In this document: piece after piece, positions 1 through 11,492 of the stretch | Layout: each line of letters begins with the position of its first letter | Numbering within the stretch: position 1 is the first letter of the stretch | Source of the DNA: Mayamaea pseudoterrestris | Lineage: Eukaryota | Direction of reading: 5' to 3' | Length of the DNA stretch: 64,000 bases | NCBI GenBank assembly: GCA_027923505.1 | Contig: BROI01000019.1 | Location: 434,001-498,000 of the forward strand | The notes under the pieces: model-generated | Database searches by the model: none | What the model was told of the DNA's origin: nothing | The model's input: only the letters and a program-made list of their open reading frames with translations | Position numbers and translations under genes: made by a program

Positions 1-3000
1 GTGGTGGAACTCGGACCGAGATCTTGAAACGTCTCGTACTCGTCCAGGTTCGCAAGCTCCACGCCTTCCGCGTCCGTCCACTTCGTGTGTCCTGCAGCTT
101 CTTGGAGACGACGCGCTTCCTTCCAGTCTTGGGGTACTTGGACTCCAAACTTGTAGCGCGGTCCGTTCTTTTGCTGCTCCATTCGGTCGCCACCTTGCGC
201 GCAACCTTCTTGGCGTTCCGGGCCCATCGGTTCAACGATGACCATCCGTCCTTGTCGAGAAGATTATGCTTTTGCGCGTAGGCTGCCACTGATACTTTGT
301 CGCTTTCGATCATCGCGTTGAGAGGCTCCCAAGTCTTGGATCCATCATCCCATTGTACAAGGACGTTCCACTTGGAGTGCTTCCAGTTTTTCGACTTGCT
401 CGTCAGCGGACCCTGATGGTCTAGAATCTCCTTGAAGAACCATTTACGCTCAGGATTCGCCATGTCTTGGTTCACTTCGGCCTCGTAGAGATCGGAAACC
501 TCGACATACGACATGACTTCGTCCGCTTCGCCGTTACCAAGCTTCAGCATCATTTTAATGTTCTGATGGTTCTGGGCGTCGCGGTTGTTCAGCTTGCTCA
601 TGACGGTCGCTCGAACTTCTTGCCCGTCGTCCGTCTTCATGAGAAACGACTTGCCGATAAGTTCGTCGGGTGCATACTTTGGGAGTTTGCGCCACGGATT
701 GATGTTCTTCTTCTTCGGCTTGTCGTCATCGTCATCGGCAGGATTCGGATCTTCCTCCCCGTCGGTCATATCGTCGTCTTCCGGGTACTCCACCGTCTCG
801 ACCAAAGGGGTATCGTCTTCGTCAGGAATGAAAGAATCATCGTCTCTGCTGTCGGCATCGGTAATCTTCTTGATCATTTCCGGCATAAGGATCTCGCCAC
901 CTAGACCAGGTACGGTATAGAGACGCGGCTCCCCTTCTTTCATGACTGGGGAAGCAGGTGCCGGTACGCGAAGGTTCAAAAAATTTTGGGTTGTTTTGGG
1001 GTAAGCACACCGATTCGCGTCACTGATCTCGTGGGTCTTCGCAAATCGCAGATAAGTACGTCAGGTCGTCTCCGCACGTCGTGTTGGGACCAAGCCAGTA
1101 CGCCAAGGCGCTGGCGGGTACCGGGGCTTCGACATCCTTGACAAGTAGTTGAACAATTTCAAACCAACGAAAATGCAAATACGCCGAACCGGTGACTTGC
1201 CTAGTGATAAACTCGATGGGAGACTTGTCGTCTACAAGGTGATGCGACAAAGAGGTACATCTCGGGTCTGAAAGAGTAAAGCTGTGAAGCCAGAAGATGC
1301 GAAGTGCCCGTTCGGTCCATAAGTCGTCTTCATGACTTTCCTTTATGTGCCCGATGATGCGCCCGGCTGATTTGATTCATAGTACGTTGGCTGTGACGAC
1401 GGGCTAATCATGAACTCGCGACACATACTACGGGAAAGCACAAACGTTTCGCGACATCCGAGAAGACTTCCAACGGAGCTCCAAACTCGCGGATGAAATC
1501 AGAATCGTTTCGCACGCCACCTTTCGTCCGCATGGGATACACGAAATGATCTGAGCGTATACCATAGGAATAGCTGCACGATGTGCACCTGTACGTCCGC
1601 CCGATATTGACTCGGCCCATGGCTGGCTCGTCAAGAACAGTTGGGCCAGATCATCTAGACGTGTAGACGTTCAGGAATCGGTCTTGATGATTCGTGGGGG
1701 TATCGGGCGCTTCGGCATGTTGAACTGTGTGCTGTGGCGCAAAAGTATCCTTGATCGCTGCGCCGGGTACCATGCAAAGTTTGGCAGCAATGCGTCGATA
1801 TCAGGTTTCTTTGGCAGGATAGACTTGTAGGGCTGATAGACGAGATCCGCATTGGTACTTCTGTACGACGGCACAAACATTCAGCTCCTTCTGGTATAAA
1901 CAGGTTGATTGTCGGTCCGAGATTCGTGATACGCCACGCTGCTCTGACGATTTGGTGTATTTAGCGCACAGTATATAAACGTTCACACCCGTGTGTGGTA
2001 GCCCTGCTCTTCAAGATCGTCTTGTCCTCGCGCGACTGTAACAAGTCCGGTGTCGTCGACGCCATCCGAAGAGTTACTAGCGCAGCCCCAGGCGTTCCCG
2101 AGCCAAACGCATCGACCCAACAATCAAGTCAGATGAACCGAGTAAGTTAACAGCGCCGACAATGGAAATCATTGATGGGTCGCCAGCCTTCCATACCGAG
2201 CAAAATTGCATCCTTTTTGGCGTTTCGATTTGTAACTGCCACCAAAGCTGTAATGCTTATCGCTGACATGAAGTCCGGGCTACTTCCATCTGCATACTGA
2301 ATGAATCAGTCTCTGCCGGTTCCAGAATATGCGCAATTATGGAACTCTTTCGCCGAAACCAACCCTTGGTGCTCTTAAGCTTAGCGACTGCCGCGGACGG
2401 TAGACAGGTCCGAAGTTGAGACCACCGACTCCAGTGATTCAATCTTGTGGAACTTGTCCTCGGTAAGGATGCGGTCAGTCCGCTCATACTCCGCCAGCGG
2501 ATCGAAGTAGCTTGAACGTTTATCCAAGTAATGTCGCGCCTTTGTACTTGTGGACTCCGAGCAATATTTGCCCCTGTCGAGTGTGGTCTGACCTAAGAAA
2601 CCCGCTCCGAGCAGGCCAGTGTTGTTCACAGTCGGGTCGCGGAAAGCACGCCACGGTTTTTGTGGATGGCTGTGTTGTTGATGCGACCACCGCAGATGGT
2701 TGTCGACGCATTTTACGTACAAAATTTTGTGATCTAAGGAGTCGCCACACGGTTTGGTGGAATCGTCGATGGGAATTTCTGATCGTTTTCCGCGTAGTGC
2801 GGAACATACGAACGAAAGTATCTCCCTCACCGGCGCCGCCGGTCATGTGAAGACGGGAATTGTTGCTTCTTTCGTTTTCTTTTTTTGGTTGCTCAGCTTG
2901 CTCTCGCGGTGTCTTGCAGGTATACTCGAGCGCCGCTAAAAGCTTCGAACACTGATACTGATACTCGGCGAATTGGGTCGAGTGCAGCTGCCTTGAACTC

Positions 3001-3591
3001 GTCGTCCCAAAAGTAGCCAAGTCGCTCGCTTCGCATGCGGTTCTTGAAGGCCCGCCAGTAGGAGCAGAACTTGCGATCGTTTTGACTCCAGCATGGTCTT
3101 CAGATCCAGCTGATGTCGTGTCGCTTCGTCGTGGTGTCGTTGCCTCCGATAACGCTGAAGTCTCCGGAACCGCGGTTGCCTGCGGTGGTGACCCCGTGCT
3201 ACTGGGAGGTCTCGACTGTAATTTGTCTTTCTCCAAGTCTTGCCATTGCGCAGTCGTCCGACGTTGCTCGTGAATCCAACTCATGAGCTTGCGCAATCGT
3301 TCGTATCGTGACAATGGTACTGGTTCTTATCGTTCGTCACGTCTTTGTTCCGACAACTCGGCCATCGCCTCCGCAGTCGTGAGTTTCTCGGATTCGAAGC
3401 AAACTCGGTAGGGTCGTTGGGTCCAGGCGCGGACGCTGCGAGCCACGAATATCGAAGACTTTACCGACGGCACGCTGTAGGCCGTTACATCAATCGTCGT
3501 CATGGTGGAGGTTGATCAGAGGAATCGGACTCGCTGCAGACGAATGTGTCACGATAGCTCCTCGCTCGTTCTCGCTCTCAAAGCACTGAAA

Positions 3592-3599
3592 TGTTAATC
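3592..3599 (-). promoter_or_regulatory. Putative primer-binding site (GATTAACA)
   Basis: Directly abuts the LTR end; same 8-mer as the site at 59106 in the right element. Confidence 0.6.
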
Positions 3600-3994
3600 T
3601 AACACCGTTGACGATTTCGCAGTCAACGTCTTACCTCCAAAAAGCTCCGATACAGGGTCCTTGGCCACGGTCTGTACAGCTCTTGATGGAGATGGCTCGT
3701 CGAATAGTCTTGCGCTCGCCACTACACGAATACGACTGCACTCTCGTCACAAACTAGTAGTTCTATATTGTGAGCTTATCGCTACATCGCTACATCGACC
3801 ACTCGGAAGATCATCCGATCAATCCGTTTCTTTCAATCACATTACATCAGTCGTAACTGGTCGTTCCATTCATACAACGCATCCACACGACGGTTGCGCA
3901 CTTTCTTCATTCACATGTCACATACGACAGCTGCGGACTCGACACAAGCTAATTAGGGTTCGGGCTCTTGACTTCGCCGCTCTGCGACTTGTCA
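3600..3994 (-). repeat. 5' LTR of left copia element (~395 bp)
   Basis: Minus strand starts TGACAAGTCG (right LTR starts TGACAAGACG) and ends TGTTA (right: TGTCA) just before GATTAACA; sharp junction with satellite at 3994/3995. Partner LTR is outside the window. Confidence 0.75.
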
Positions 3995-4480
3995 CTTCTC
4001 ACCAGTCTCAGCCCACAGATGCCTTGTCATTCAGTTGCCTAAAGAAATATGCCATGTCTACGCCCCTATCACACCAGCATGGTGCCAACATCATTATTCA
4101 GTCTGTGCTACATGATGGTATGTCTGGCTTATATCTTAGTAGACTGCAATGTGATTGGTCACAAGTTGTCACCAGTCTCAGCCTGCAGATGCTTTGACAT
4201 TTGATTGCCCATATAACATGCCATGCATACACCCAAATCACACCAGCATGGTGCCAACATCATTTTTTAGTCTGCGCTACAAGATGGTATGCCTGGTTTG
4301 GTGTCTTGGTAGACGCAATGTGACTGGTGAGGACTTCTCACGAGTCTCAGTTCGCAGATGCCTTGACCTTTTATTGCCCATATAACATGCCATGTCTACG
4401 GTACACCCCTATCACACAACAATGGTGCCAACTTCATTATTCAAACTTCAATACAGGATGGAATGCCTGGATAGTGTCTC
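3995..4480. repeat. ~3 diverged monomers of the 169-bp satellite
   Basis: ACCAGTCTCAG-like anchors at 4001, 4171, 4340; shared GGTGCCAACATCATT and GCTACAAGATGGTA blocks with the array at 54.5-57.5 kb. Confidence 0.9.
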
Positions 4481-7400
4481 AGTAAAGATTATTGGCCCAG
4501 ATACTCAATTGCCTCTTGTTGGATGGGCCTCGTGATAGATGCACCTGAGTACCCATATGGCTGTCATTGGCTTCCATTGGTATAGTCAATAAGCTACCAG
4601 GCATGCCTGCCAATTGGGGAACTGATGTGGTGCAGCTCCTCTTTACTAATCTCATTCAGCAGTTGAAGTCTGCGCTCTAGGGATCGGGCTAAGTGGAACC
4701 TTATTCATCCAACTTGATTGCATTTCATAATGTTACTAGTGCTATCAATGAAAACAAGCAAGCAGCAGTGATCAAGGAGAAAACATCAACCAGCAAGCTG
4801 ACAAGTTACTTAAGAATATTCATGCTAGAGAGCAACTCCTCAATGGAGCCACTTCTGTGCATGTTCTTTCTACCCAGATTAAAACCAAACAAACTCAGCA
4901 GATGAATGCAGCAAGTGACAATAATGGAGAAGATAAGATAGATGCTGCCTGTCTTTCAAAGTGAGTGGTCTGTTTTGCAGTCACCATCACACCAATAAAG
5001 TATAAGCAAGCTAATCAAGCTGCCTTTCTCTTGCAAGTAGAGCATACCATTATCCAGAACTGGCCACATTTCCCACTAAATCAATTTACATCCCCTCTGG
5101 AGAATGTCGATTTGGTTATTCCTCCAGGTGGAAGTCCTTTCTTTGCCTGCTGGTGCATTGAGCACCTCTTTGGGGCATGCCCATACCGCCATAACTCCGC
5201 GGCAACACGTCAGTTCTTTGCAAACTACCATTATTACTGTGAGTATTGAGGCATCCCCCCTAATGGAGTACCCAAAGCATCCTCCATTGGCCCCAATGGT
5301 GGTGAGCACAAGTTTCCTGTTACAACTGCACAGGATTAGCTCAAGTCGCTGTCACCACGCAAGGTGGGCCTCCTAATGTGATCAATCATACAGCTTAGAA
5401 TACCTAGCAGCAGTCTATGCAGCAGCAGGAAGCGCAGCAGCAAGGGCTCCCATACCAGCAAAACCCAGCACCCCTTCTGGTCATGTGAGCCCTTGGCAAG
5501 CAGGCAGCCATGAGTGCTAATGCCATTCTCCTAAGCAAGTGGCAGTTGAGCCAACAGTGCCACATATTATTTTGGTGGTTGTTCCTAATCTTGAGTCAGC
5601 GGCTGCTCTTCCTTCTATGGATGATTCATGTGCCACAATCAATGCAGGCACATGGCATTGTTCATTAAACTGCCTTTTGCCATGCTTTTGCATACCCAAC
5701 TCCTTTTAAGCATTCCATCACATTTGTGCTTGGGAAAGACATTCCAGTGGTGGTAGTTGTTGGTCATGCAGACCAGCAATGTTTCAAGATGTACTACCTC
5801 CCAGTCCCTCAAAAAAGGATGTTTAGCTTGGCATTGCTTGTCCCAGACTTTATGTACAAGTATTGCCCCATTGTTTATGTTTTCCCAGTAACCAGCGTGA
5901 CTGCTCCCTCAGTGGCCACTGTGGATAGGGATCAGGCTCCTGGCAAGTCAGGAGTAGTGTTGCCTCCAGCTCTTTTGGACCAGTCAGTTGCCCCAACGCC
6001 CACAATCTATGCTACCAGACCTTGTTCCAGTTGCAGCAGTGCTTGTGACAGTGGAGGGTGGCGTCGCACTGCAACCACATGTAAATAATTAGAGTATGAT
6101 TTGGGAAAGCCAGTGCTTCCCATTGTGATTTGGTTTGCATTGGAACAATAAAGGCTGCATGCCTCCTTAGGTGATTCTGGGCTGTCACCAGAGCCTTGGT
6201 GGCTGCCATAAAATGTGCTGGTGAGCTGAGATGAAACACCTTAATGCTCTCCACTAATACAATCCAATCCTAATGGGGCCAGGGTGCCAAGGTAAAGGAG
6301 TTTGTTTGTTGGTGACCCAAAATGTGCCATGTATGCCAACAAATGGGAGTGTCCCCCATTAAGCGCGTGCAGGCTGAGATGATGTCAACGTGCGGCTGGC
6401 TGAGTGATGTGGGCCGATTAGGCTTTGCTAGCTTGTTTTAGGGCAGAGAGTCCATTGCATGCAAGCACAAAGAATCCATCTAGAATGTTGTAATGCTGGC
6501 AGAGCAGGAGTACAATGGCAGTGGTTTAATACAATCCCATCAGTTCACTCCGGAAGGCACTCTGGTCCTACTTTTGACCTGGTGAGGCAGCTGGCAAAGA
6601 TTGCATTTATTTTCACAAGAATGTCACTCCATTCCAGTCTCTCCAAAACTAAGGCTGCCGCCGTTGGCACTGACCCAACCTTTGGAGTTGGATGGCAGGT
6701 TGGTCTGTCAGTGGGCGGTTGCAATGGATTACCGGTAGGCAGTCATGTACTGTTCGCAAGAGAGAGCGTCAATTAGCTATCCGACTAATGGCTACACGAC
6801 CTATCAGGATCTCTTGCGTGCAGCGGTTGGATGGTGGTTGGCTATTTTACTACTGCCTGCGCAAACTACGGTAGTAGCGGGATCAGTTCGCAAGAGACTC
6901 TTGGTGCAGCTTCGGTCGGGCGGTGGTTGGGTAGCTATCCGACATAATTTGTCGTAGTGGGTTACACACTCATGCGTAAAACTTTTAACTCACGGAGCCT
7001 GTTCTGGGTCAGTGAAAAGCTTATACGGTGCCAGACTGCCACAGTTGGAAATCACATTGGTATGGTGCTCTTGACGTTCTAGATGCAACAGCTTTATGGC
7101 TTTGTAGGATGCCAATTAATCCATGTGAACCTCTGTGGCGTCCCCCAATTGCCCTTACTGCACCAATAAGGCAGGAGTGGTGGGCAATTCAATTGCTCGC
7201 ATACCTGACTGCACCTTGCGCAGATTCAAGCCATTGACACAAAGTGGGCCATCACCCCAATGAGGAACTGAGGCATTTGAGCAGTGGAATTATCCACAAT
7301 TAGCAGGCGGTGAAGCTTGGCTGCCTTGTCCATTGTGTCACTCACGGTGTCCATTGTGTCATGGTGTCCATTGCATCAGTTAAGGTAGCCAAGCATTATA

Positions 7401-8300
7401 AGGGCCAACCGGTTGAGTGCCCTCCCATCTGCCTTGCTTGCGTTGGTGGCTTAGAACATGTAGTTGTGTATGCCAACAAATGGGAGTGTCCCCCATTAAG
7501 CGCTTGCAGGCTGAGATGATGTCAACGTGCGGCTGGCTGAGTGATGTGGGCTGATTAGGCTTTGCTAGCTTGTTTCAGGGCAGAGAGTCCATTGCATGCA
7601 AGCACAAAGAATCCATCTAGAATGTTGTAATGTTGGCATGTATGAGTGCAATGGCAATGGTCTGATACAATCCAATCCATTCACTCCGGCAGGCACTCAC
7701 TCTGTTCCTCCTTTGTGGCTGTGTCACCTTAGACAACCTCACCTTCTAATGGCACCAACAAGCTTGCAGGTCTCCATATTGGATTGCCTTGTTGCAGAGC
7801 TCTGATCCTGACTACCGGTAGTAAGATTGAATAGCCACAAGTACCGCCCATTTTTGGTTTGAATGATGACACACTGCAGCTGGCTACCAGTAGCAGCGAA
7901 CTATGTTGACCTTTGGCACAAAAACTCTTGCTACTGACTTAGTGGGCTGAGCGGGATGTGGCATCTAGCCACTTGAACTTCTAGGCTGGATAAATTGCTT
8001 GCTCCTGTCTATTGTTGGTCTAGTCCTCATTTATCCTAGTACACGTATGGCTTGTATGTCACAGCATCAACAAATAGTATCACCATTAGCACTCCAGGCA
8101 GCCAGTGCATGGCCAAATTCTCTTGACTAACATTGAGCATAATGACAGCAAGGCACTCATGGCATACGTAGATGCCTTAGCAAGTTTTGACTTTGAAAGG
8201 AATGCACCATATGGATATTATACAGAGCATGTATGTAGGTAATTTGCAGAAACCGTACAGTACATAATAGTTGAGAGTCGTATAAATTTAGTGTAGATGA
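4481..8300. other. CpG-depleted non-genic block, probably decayed repeat/TE DNA
   Basis: Very few CG and many TG/CA dinucleotides relative to neighbouring genes; only short unrecognisable ORFs; internal duplication. Confidence 0.6.
6330..7700. repeat. Pair of ~235-bp direct repeats (6330-~6565 and 7467-~7700)
   Basis: TGTATGCCAACAAATGGGAGTGTCCCCCATTAAGCGC... occurs at 6330 and 7467 (offset 1137), near-identical for ~165 bp, then more diverged. Confidence 0.9.
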
Positions 8301-8346
8301 TTTGCTGCGCTAGTATTATTTAGGTTTTGACTATTTCTTAAAGTGT

Positions 8347-8362
8347 GCCATTTATAAATGGC
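8347..8362 (-). promoter_or_regulatory. Histone mRNA 3' stem-loop-like element (H2A)
   Basis: Minus strand AACC-GCCATT-TATA-AATGGC-ACAC, 6-bp stem and 4-nt loop, ~35 nt after the H2A stop. Confidence 0.8.
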
Positions 8363-8396
8363 GGTTGTTTGGTTGTGATCCAAAAGATTTTGGGAT

Positions 8397-8786
8397 TTAC
8401 TTGGCCACGGCAGCCTTTCCAGTGCTCTTCGGCAACAAGATCTGGTGAATGTTAGGTAAAACACCTCCCGCTGCAATAGTCACACCACCCAAAAGCTTGT
8501 TCAGCTCCTCGTCATTCTTGACAGCCAAGGTAATGTGGCGGGGAACAATGCGGGACTTCTTGTTGTCACGGGCAGCATTGCCAGCAAGCTCCAGGATCTC
8601 AGCACACAAGTACTCAAGGACAGCTGCAAGGTAGACGGGGGCGCCGGCACCCATGCGCGTGGCGTACTTGCCCTGGCGCAAGTAACGACCGATACGACCG
8701 ACGGGGAACTGGAGACCAGCCTTGCTTGATGATGAGGTGGACTTCTTCTCTCCGCGGCCTCCCTTTCCTTTTCCTTTTCCAGACAT
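8397..8786 (-). CDS. H2A: Histone H2A
   Basis: [46 protein letters not shown]; intronless. Confidence 0.99.
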   Translation of the reverse strand: MSGKGKGKGGRGEKKSTSSSSKAGLQFPVGRIGRYLRQGKYATRMGAGAPVYLAAVLEYLCAEILELAGNAARDNKKSRIVPRHITLAVKNDEELNKLLGGVTIAAGGVLPNIHQILLPKSTGKAAVAK

Positions 8787-9241
8787 GGTTGCGAGTTGGT
8801 TGTTGTTGTAGTTGTTGTTGTTGGTTGCAAGTGAGCGATGCGAACGACGAGTGATCGTTGATGGTTTTGTGCAGCGACGGTTTCTCGCGTTGAAATCGTG
8901 GCTTGGCGTGGTTTGCGTTGAGGTTCGTCGATTGTGTAGAAAATGTATGTGAGCCTACGTTTGGTATTGTTTTTACGCAAATTCAACGTATTGGTCGTTT
9001 TGGGCTCGTGCGCTAGGGAGTATTGACACTTTTTCCATGCATCTGATTGGCTGAAAAACGCACTATCGAGCCGCCTTTTTGACACGTAGAAATCCACGTT
9101 AAAACAGTACCGGACGCCGAATCCAACGCGAGACTCCGTTTCGACAAGCATCCGTCATCTCGACTTGCTTCCCACAAATCGTCGACAAGCATTCTCGCAT
9201 CCGTCCTCTTTTCTTTCAACAACAACAAACAACTCGCAATC
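8787..9241. promoter_or_regulatory. Bidirectional H2A/H2B promoter region
   Basis: 455-bp spacer between divergent histone ATGs; contains ATTGG (reverse CCAAT) motifs and CAA-rich leaders on both sides. Confidence 0.6.
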
Positions 9242-9601
9242 ATGGCCAAGACACCATCCAAGCAATCCGCCAAGGCGCCCAAGAAGGCCGGAGAGTCCAA
9301 GAAGCGCACCAAGCGTACCGAGTCGTACAGCTCGTACATTTACAAGGTGCTCAAGCAGGTCCACCCCGACACTGGTATCTCCAAGAAGGGCATGTCCATT
9401 ATGAACTCGTTCATCAACGACATTTTCGAGCGCATTGCCGGAGAGGCTGGCAAGCTTGCCACCTACAACAAGAAGGCGACGCTCAGCAGCCGCGAGATCC
9501 AGACGGCGGTCCGCCTCATGCTCCCCGGTGAGCTTGCCAAGCATGCTGTCAGTGAAGGTACCAAGGCTGTCACCAAGTTTTCGTCCAACACCAGCGCGTA
9601 A
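9242..9601 (+). CDS. H2B: Histone H2B
   Basis: [56 protein letters not shown]; intronless. Confidence 0.99.
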   Translation: MAKTPSKQSAKAPKKAGESKKRTKRTESYSSYIYKVLKQVHPDTGISKKGMSIMNSFINDIFERIAGEAGKLATYNKKATLSSREIQTAVRLMLPGELAKHAVSEGTKAVTKFSSNTSA

Positions 9602-9636
9602 ATTCGCATGACTTGCAACAGTCATAACAACAAACC

Positions 9637-9652
9637 GCCATTTTTCAATGGC
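9637..9652 (+). promoter_or_regulatory. Histone mRNA 3' stem-loop-like element (H2B)
   Basis: AACC-GCCATT-TTTC-AATGGC-ACTC, ~35 nt after the H2B stop; same stem as downstream of H2A. Confidence 0.85.
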
Positions 9653-11492
9653 ACTCATGCAACAAAATTGAGCCAAACCCAAACGTACCACTTAATTGAA
9701 ATACTTTACTTAGCATCAATTTGAACTATTTCAGAATATATCGATAGCTTATTCTATAGTATGCAACATGAACATTCAGATCACACATTGTCGATGTCAA
9801 CGCTTCGCGCGCTATGTGTCCCGTCGTCGGTTCGGCCATGGTGGCGGCGAGACCGCCAATGCGCACAATGATACTTAGATCCAACTATTCACCTGCACGT
9901 CGAGCATTGAGTGCACTTTGTCATGCTATTTTGTCCGATGCCGACCGTTGATTCTTTGCCATTTTAGTTCTTGGTCGTCTTTCCAATCATCAAAACGCGC
10001 AGCAGCATCCGGCTCGCCAGTTGGCTGCGCCTCAATTGTTGCCTTGCAAAACCTCCACCGCTTTTGACGATCGGAAGCTTCCTGCTCGTAACTTCGCTTG
10101 CGATGACAGTCTTGGCAAATTCCGCTCTCTAGAATGGCAGCGCTTGAACAAGAATCTGACAGCGCGGGAGTCGTTGCTGTGATGTTGTTTGCCCGGCAAC
10201 TCGTGTCATTTGCTTTTAGTGGGAAATGTACATGTCTACCTCGTTTAACATTTCTTTCCCATTTTGCATCGGCGCTTTTCGTTACAGGGCGCAGCATCCT
10301 GCTCGCCGCCTGGCTGCCGTCGCATGCGTCGCCTGCACTCGCCGTCGACTTGGGGGCTGAATCGCCGCGTCGTCAAAGGGCTGATGATTGGCTACTTTCA
10401 CACTCATAGCAATATGGGACGAATCCAATTATTCAACTTTCAGCATGCCGGGCTAGGCTGTCAATGTAGCGGTAAGGAGTCAAGTTATACTGAATGCGCG
10501 TGCTTGGATAATTGTCAACCCGCACGGTTGCTTTTGTATGTCTGACGCAAGGAGTGATAAGTGGACTGGCCTTTGATCCATTTACAGTTAGTCAACTGCT
10601 ATTAAGTTACAGAGGCGCCTGCAGAAGGCGCGGGCAGCTACTGGTATTTCTTGGACGTCAGCAAAAAGCAAGGGCAATGTCTTGGTGGAGGCGAGAGCGT
10701 AGAAGACGGTACCACCAATTAAGCTGTAATCGTAGACGAGGGTGGCAAGCTGTCGCGGGCCGATATTCGTAAACAATGCCCATGCCAAAAGATCAACCAA
10801 AGGAAATGGAGTAGGGCCTTCTTTCCCCACTCCCTGCTCGCTCTCGTCGCCGCCGCCGCCGCCGCTTTATGTAGAGTAGCCTGCAGTTAACCGCAACCGG
10901 CTCCACGCTGCAATTTGGCAGGTACTATTACTAGTACGCAAAGTCATGCGCACGGTAGCTCGATCGCATTGTTTTGTGAACGAAATCCCCGCGAATCTGC
11001 AATGATTCTTGCCATGTTCACTTTCGGTCATTAACAGTAAGTCCCATGTGCTGGCTTGGGCGCAGTTGACAGAATCAGGCGAATGACGTTCAAAGTCATG
11101 GTGCACATAACCTTGCTATAGTAAAATCCGTGGAGTATCTCCTGGCGTCAGGAAAACGTCATGAATAGCAACGTCAGTGTGTGGAACAGTCATGTGAAGA
11201 ATTATGGGTTTGCTGGCGTAATTATTCGCTGAAAACACTTGAAGTTGAACGGTATCGTGGCTTATATAAATGACCCAAGGGTCTAGAGGCATATCTCATG
11301 GACGAAGCCTAACGAAGTCTCAATATGTCAATGCGATCGTGCAATGTCCAGTGAAAACGCACGAGTGCCATGGCGAGGCTGTTGGACCTTCAACACTTCC
11401 CTCACTTGCCACCAGCTGCACTTGAGGGACCAAAAAGACGATAACTACTGCAAGAGGCCTTTCTAAATAACAGCAGCAACAACGAGATTATC

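Larger units (their letters stand above)
1..3994 (-). mobile_element. Ty1/copia (CoDi-like) LTR retrotransposon, frameshifted; 5' LTR, gag and integrase region, continues left of the window
   Basis: Minus-strand fragments align by eye with the intact element at 59325+: KSILPKKPDIDALLPNFAWYP (~1825), DFIREFGAPLEVFSD (~1480), YWLGPNTTCGDDLTY (~1080), PDELIGKSFL (~660), ILDHQGPL..WNVLVQWDDGSKTWEPL (~430-320), RYKFGVQVPQDWKEA (~160-115). Probable gag ATG at 3503. Several frameshifts (e.g. ~180-190). Confidence 0.93.

Noticed and set aside
9926..10830. Possible spliced minus-strand gene from ORFs 10588-10830 and 9926-10297
   Set aside because: No recognisable motif and no convincing exon chain; cannot be supported, though not excluded.
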